Shown in pieces: positions 61,632 to 64,000 of a DNA stretch of 64,000 nt (positions within the stretch are counted from its first letter, which is position 1; each line of letters opens with the position of its first letter). The translations under genes and the position numbers were made by a program. This DNA is from Bilabrum cf. latius. Lineage: Eukaryota. The stretch is from positions 682,001-746,000 of the forward strand of contig OZ237755.1 of NCBI GenBank assembly GCA_965178125.1, written 5' to 3'. Below the pieces are notes generated by a model. That model made no database searches and was not told the DNA's origin. It was given only the letters and a program-made list of their open reading frames with translations.

Positions 61632-64000
61632 TGTACCATGTGCAGCGTCTCGGACAGTGGTCATCAACGAAGAGCACGACCACCTACATCTGGCAGGAAG
61701 CCGACGGGCTACAGGCGATCGATATTGGCTGCCAGTGGTCGCACGTGGAGCTGCAGCGTGCTCCACACGCAGCGCTGCTTGAGGCAGTTGCTCAAGCGTG
61801 AGCGTCCTGCTGATCCCGACTTCCGTAGAGTCACTTCGCCTTGCTTCAACGAGCCCCCTGTAACCATTCTGTAAGGAAGATGCGGTAAGACATGGAGAAT
61901 TCGTTGTGTGTCACCACTATTGGACAAAATCTATCGGTGGATACAGGCACATGGCGACGGCTCTGTGTTTGATGCCATGTCTGGTTGTATTTTGGTGGTT
62001 GAGTCTGCAAAAGAAGCTTTCACCATGGAGGTCACGATGTCGTGCTCATCACGGCGTGACGCAGGGCCTGTGCGGCAGCGAGAACGAAGATGCTTCACAT
62101 ACAAATAATGTAGCCAAGTCATAACGTGCAAGTTTTGGACACAATTGACCAAATTCGCGAGAATTTACGGTTCTGGCCCACGTCGTTTGATCAGAGTGGG
62201 GCCTTCCGCCGCGCAGTTCTGGCAGTGGCGGTCCTCCCAGATTCGCAAGGCAGCCCAGCTGCCGCAGCGGAAATTCAGAGTCTAGCTGATGTTGACATCA
62301 ACGAACGTCTAGGATTTGACAATCTAACAGCAATACGCCTATACACTGACGTGTGCCGCGCGCTGCTGCCAGTGTGCACGCCATCTGTCGGTCTCTCGGA
62401 GCTGCAGCGACTCTGCGCATCGAGGGCCACTCAGCTTTCGCTAGCTATATCTAGCGCTGAATTGCAGCACTGCTTGCAGTATATTGCCTCTGTAGCTGAT
62501 TCAGACGGCACAATGCTTCCCACAGAGACGATTCGAGACAGGCTTGTATCCGCGGTCACAACCAGGGCCTCTACCGGTTCGCCTAGCGTGGGGGCTATAA
62601 AGAAGGAACAGAGTACATCCGAGCGCACTGCACAGGATCAAGCGCCAAGATAGACCGTGCCCAGTTCCTTGTCTGGCCAGCGGACGAGTAGTTCGTAGCA
62701 GGTGCCAACCCCGAGCAACGCTTGGTCGAGCTCAGGCAGGCCGGCGAGCGCAGCAGGCCCCACGGCATCGAGCGTTCCGGACAGAGAAACAGCCTCATCC
62801 ACCGCGACTCAGAGCGTTTCTGACCTTCATTTCGCGGTTGGAATCGAAAGCGATCACGATTCGGAGACTGCAGTCGAGATGGGACCGGTCGGCTAGGCCT
62901 CGCCCTTAGCTACCCCTGCCGGAGGGAGTGGTGGTCGTGCTAAATCTCCTTGTCCTGGCCCTGTGCAGGCCGCAAGAGATGGAACTGGAAGAGCCAGGGC
63001 ATTCAACAATGATTCAGTGTTTCATGGGGCTCCCTGCCACGACAGCAACGATTTCCTGCGTCATGCCAGTGCCGCCATCCATGGTCGCACGGCTCTTGAC
63101 CCTGGGCCCGAGTGGAGGGCAGTCACACCGACGCGAGGCCCAGGTTAGGACAACGAAATGCAAGACAATGGGGCCATGGACGGAGAGAGAGGACGACTAA
63201 GGCCAGACCTGGGCAGAATCACCTCGTCATCCACGACCTCGTCGTCCTGGTCGTCTGCATCCCAGCTCGCAAGAGGCCTCGGGGTCGTTGGTAGCGAGGC
63301 TGAGGCAAGTTCAGGCGCTGCTACTTGTTCTGACATGCGCATCAGCTCCAATCACCGGTCATCGAGCGCTGACGAGAGGTTCAGCGCAAGCAGCCTTGAC
63401 TTGGAAGAGGCAGAGGATTTCGATGGCCTCTCACCGCTGGCAACGGTACCGGGCTGGGGCGGCTGCTCGCCAGTGCGGTCGTCTGATCGCAATGCCGTGA
63501 TAAATACCAGTTGCAAGACTACCAGCTCCGGCCTATCATTGGATCGCCGCGAGTTGCTGCCTCACTCGCTGCAGCCAGCGCCACAGGTGCCCACGGGATT
63601 CAATCCAGCAAGCCGCACTGGGCAAGTGCAGATGCAAGGGGCGCAGATTCTCGCTTTTCCGGACGATGGAAGCTCCGGCTACGCAGCTTCGCACCAGCAT
63701 CCTACATCCATCTCGCACATTGCATCGATTGGGCGGGCTCCACCGCAGCCAGGTGCATCCAAAGCCGGCAGCAGCAGCAGCAGCAGCAGCAGCAGCCACG
63801 CAAGCCATCAGGTTCCCGTCATGGACTGGCACTCCGGCCCGCGGACCCATAGTGCAGCGATGAGCGGATCCACCGATGCGTACCTCATGACAGTTGCAAC
63901 CACCTCCACAGCTAGATCTATGGCACACCTAGCCGGATAGAAGCGCAGTGCTGCGGGCATGCAGTCCCAGTCGGTTCAAGCCCCCCGTGGGGCAAACGGT
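61632..64000 (+). CDS. Hypothetical protein, multi-exon, 3' end off-window; 5' structure uncertain (may start near 61023)
   Basis: ORFs 62126-62653, 62702-62896, 62963-63148 and 63158-63940 share one frame linked by TAG only (62111, 62651, 62696, 62894, 63146, 63938) and stay open to 64000. A putative phase-2 intron 61798-62064 (GTGAGC...ACGCAG) links them to an upstream exon. No family recognised. Confidence 0.55.
63768..63796. repeat. (CAG/AGC)n trinucleotide run encoding poly-Ser
   Basis: About 9 perfect units. Confidence 0.9.

Noticed and set aside
1-64000. Mass pseudogenisation, or C-to-T sequencing/deamination artefact, as the source of in-frame stops
   Set aside because: Decay or damage would also create TAA (from CAA), TGA (from CGA) and frameshifts. 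Only TAG is seen, on both strands, and catalytic motifs are intact.
1-64000. Pyrrolysine, A-to-I editing (UAG to Trp) or programmed leaky read-through
   Set aside because: Pyl is known only from prokaryotes and at few sites. TAG contexts fit Gln, not Trp, and the Sfi1 Trp residues use TGG. Up to ~39 TAGs per gene, some in tandem, exclude low-efficiency read-through. U-to-C editing cannot be formally excluded without RNA data.

Overview
GC-rich, gene-dense, intron-poor nuclear DNA from a eukaryotic microbe, probably a flagellated protist (centriole genes C2CD3 and SFI1, mitochondrial proteins, short GT-AG introns). The taxon cannot be fixed from this window. The main result is that the window does not use the standard genetic code. 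The ORF track is fragmented because about 100-105 in-frame TAG codons (hand count) interrupt otherwise continuous frames in 11 genes. I found no in-frame TAA or TGA inside these reading frames, and all 12 gene ends I could place use TGA. Conserved-motif and poly-CAG contexts point to TAG = Gln (equivalent to NCBI table 15), i.e. UAG is decoupled from UAA. Read this way the window holds about 14 genes: a USP9/24/34-like deubiquitinase (3' end off-window), a putative organelle-targeted protein, an EXPERA/TMEM97-like membrane protein, an MFS transporter, a Clu+TPR protein, a ~3,590-aa C2CD3, two tandem NDUFA4/B12D copies, a ~3,880-aa Sfi1-repeat protein, a PDZ-like protein, a WD40 protein, a glutaredoxin-DEP-DUF547 protein, an OsmC-like protein with a presequence, and a partial unknown gene. 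No rRNA, tRNA, CRISPR array or recognisable mobile element was seen. All family calls come from motifs recognised by eye, not database searches.
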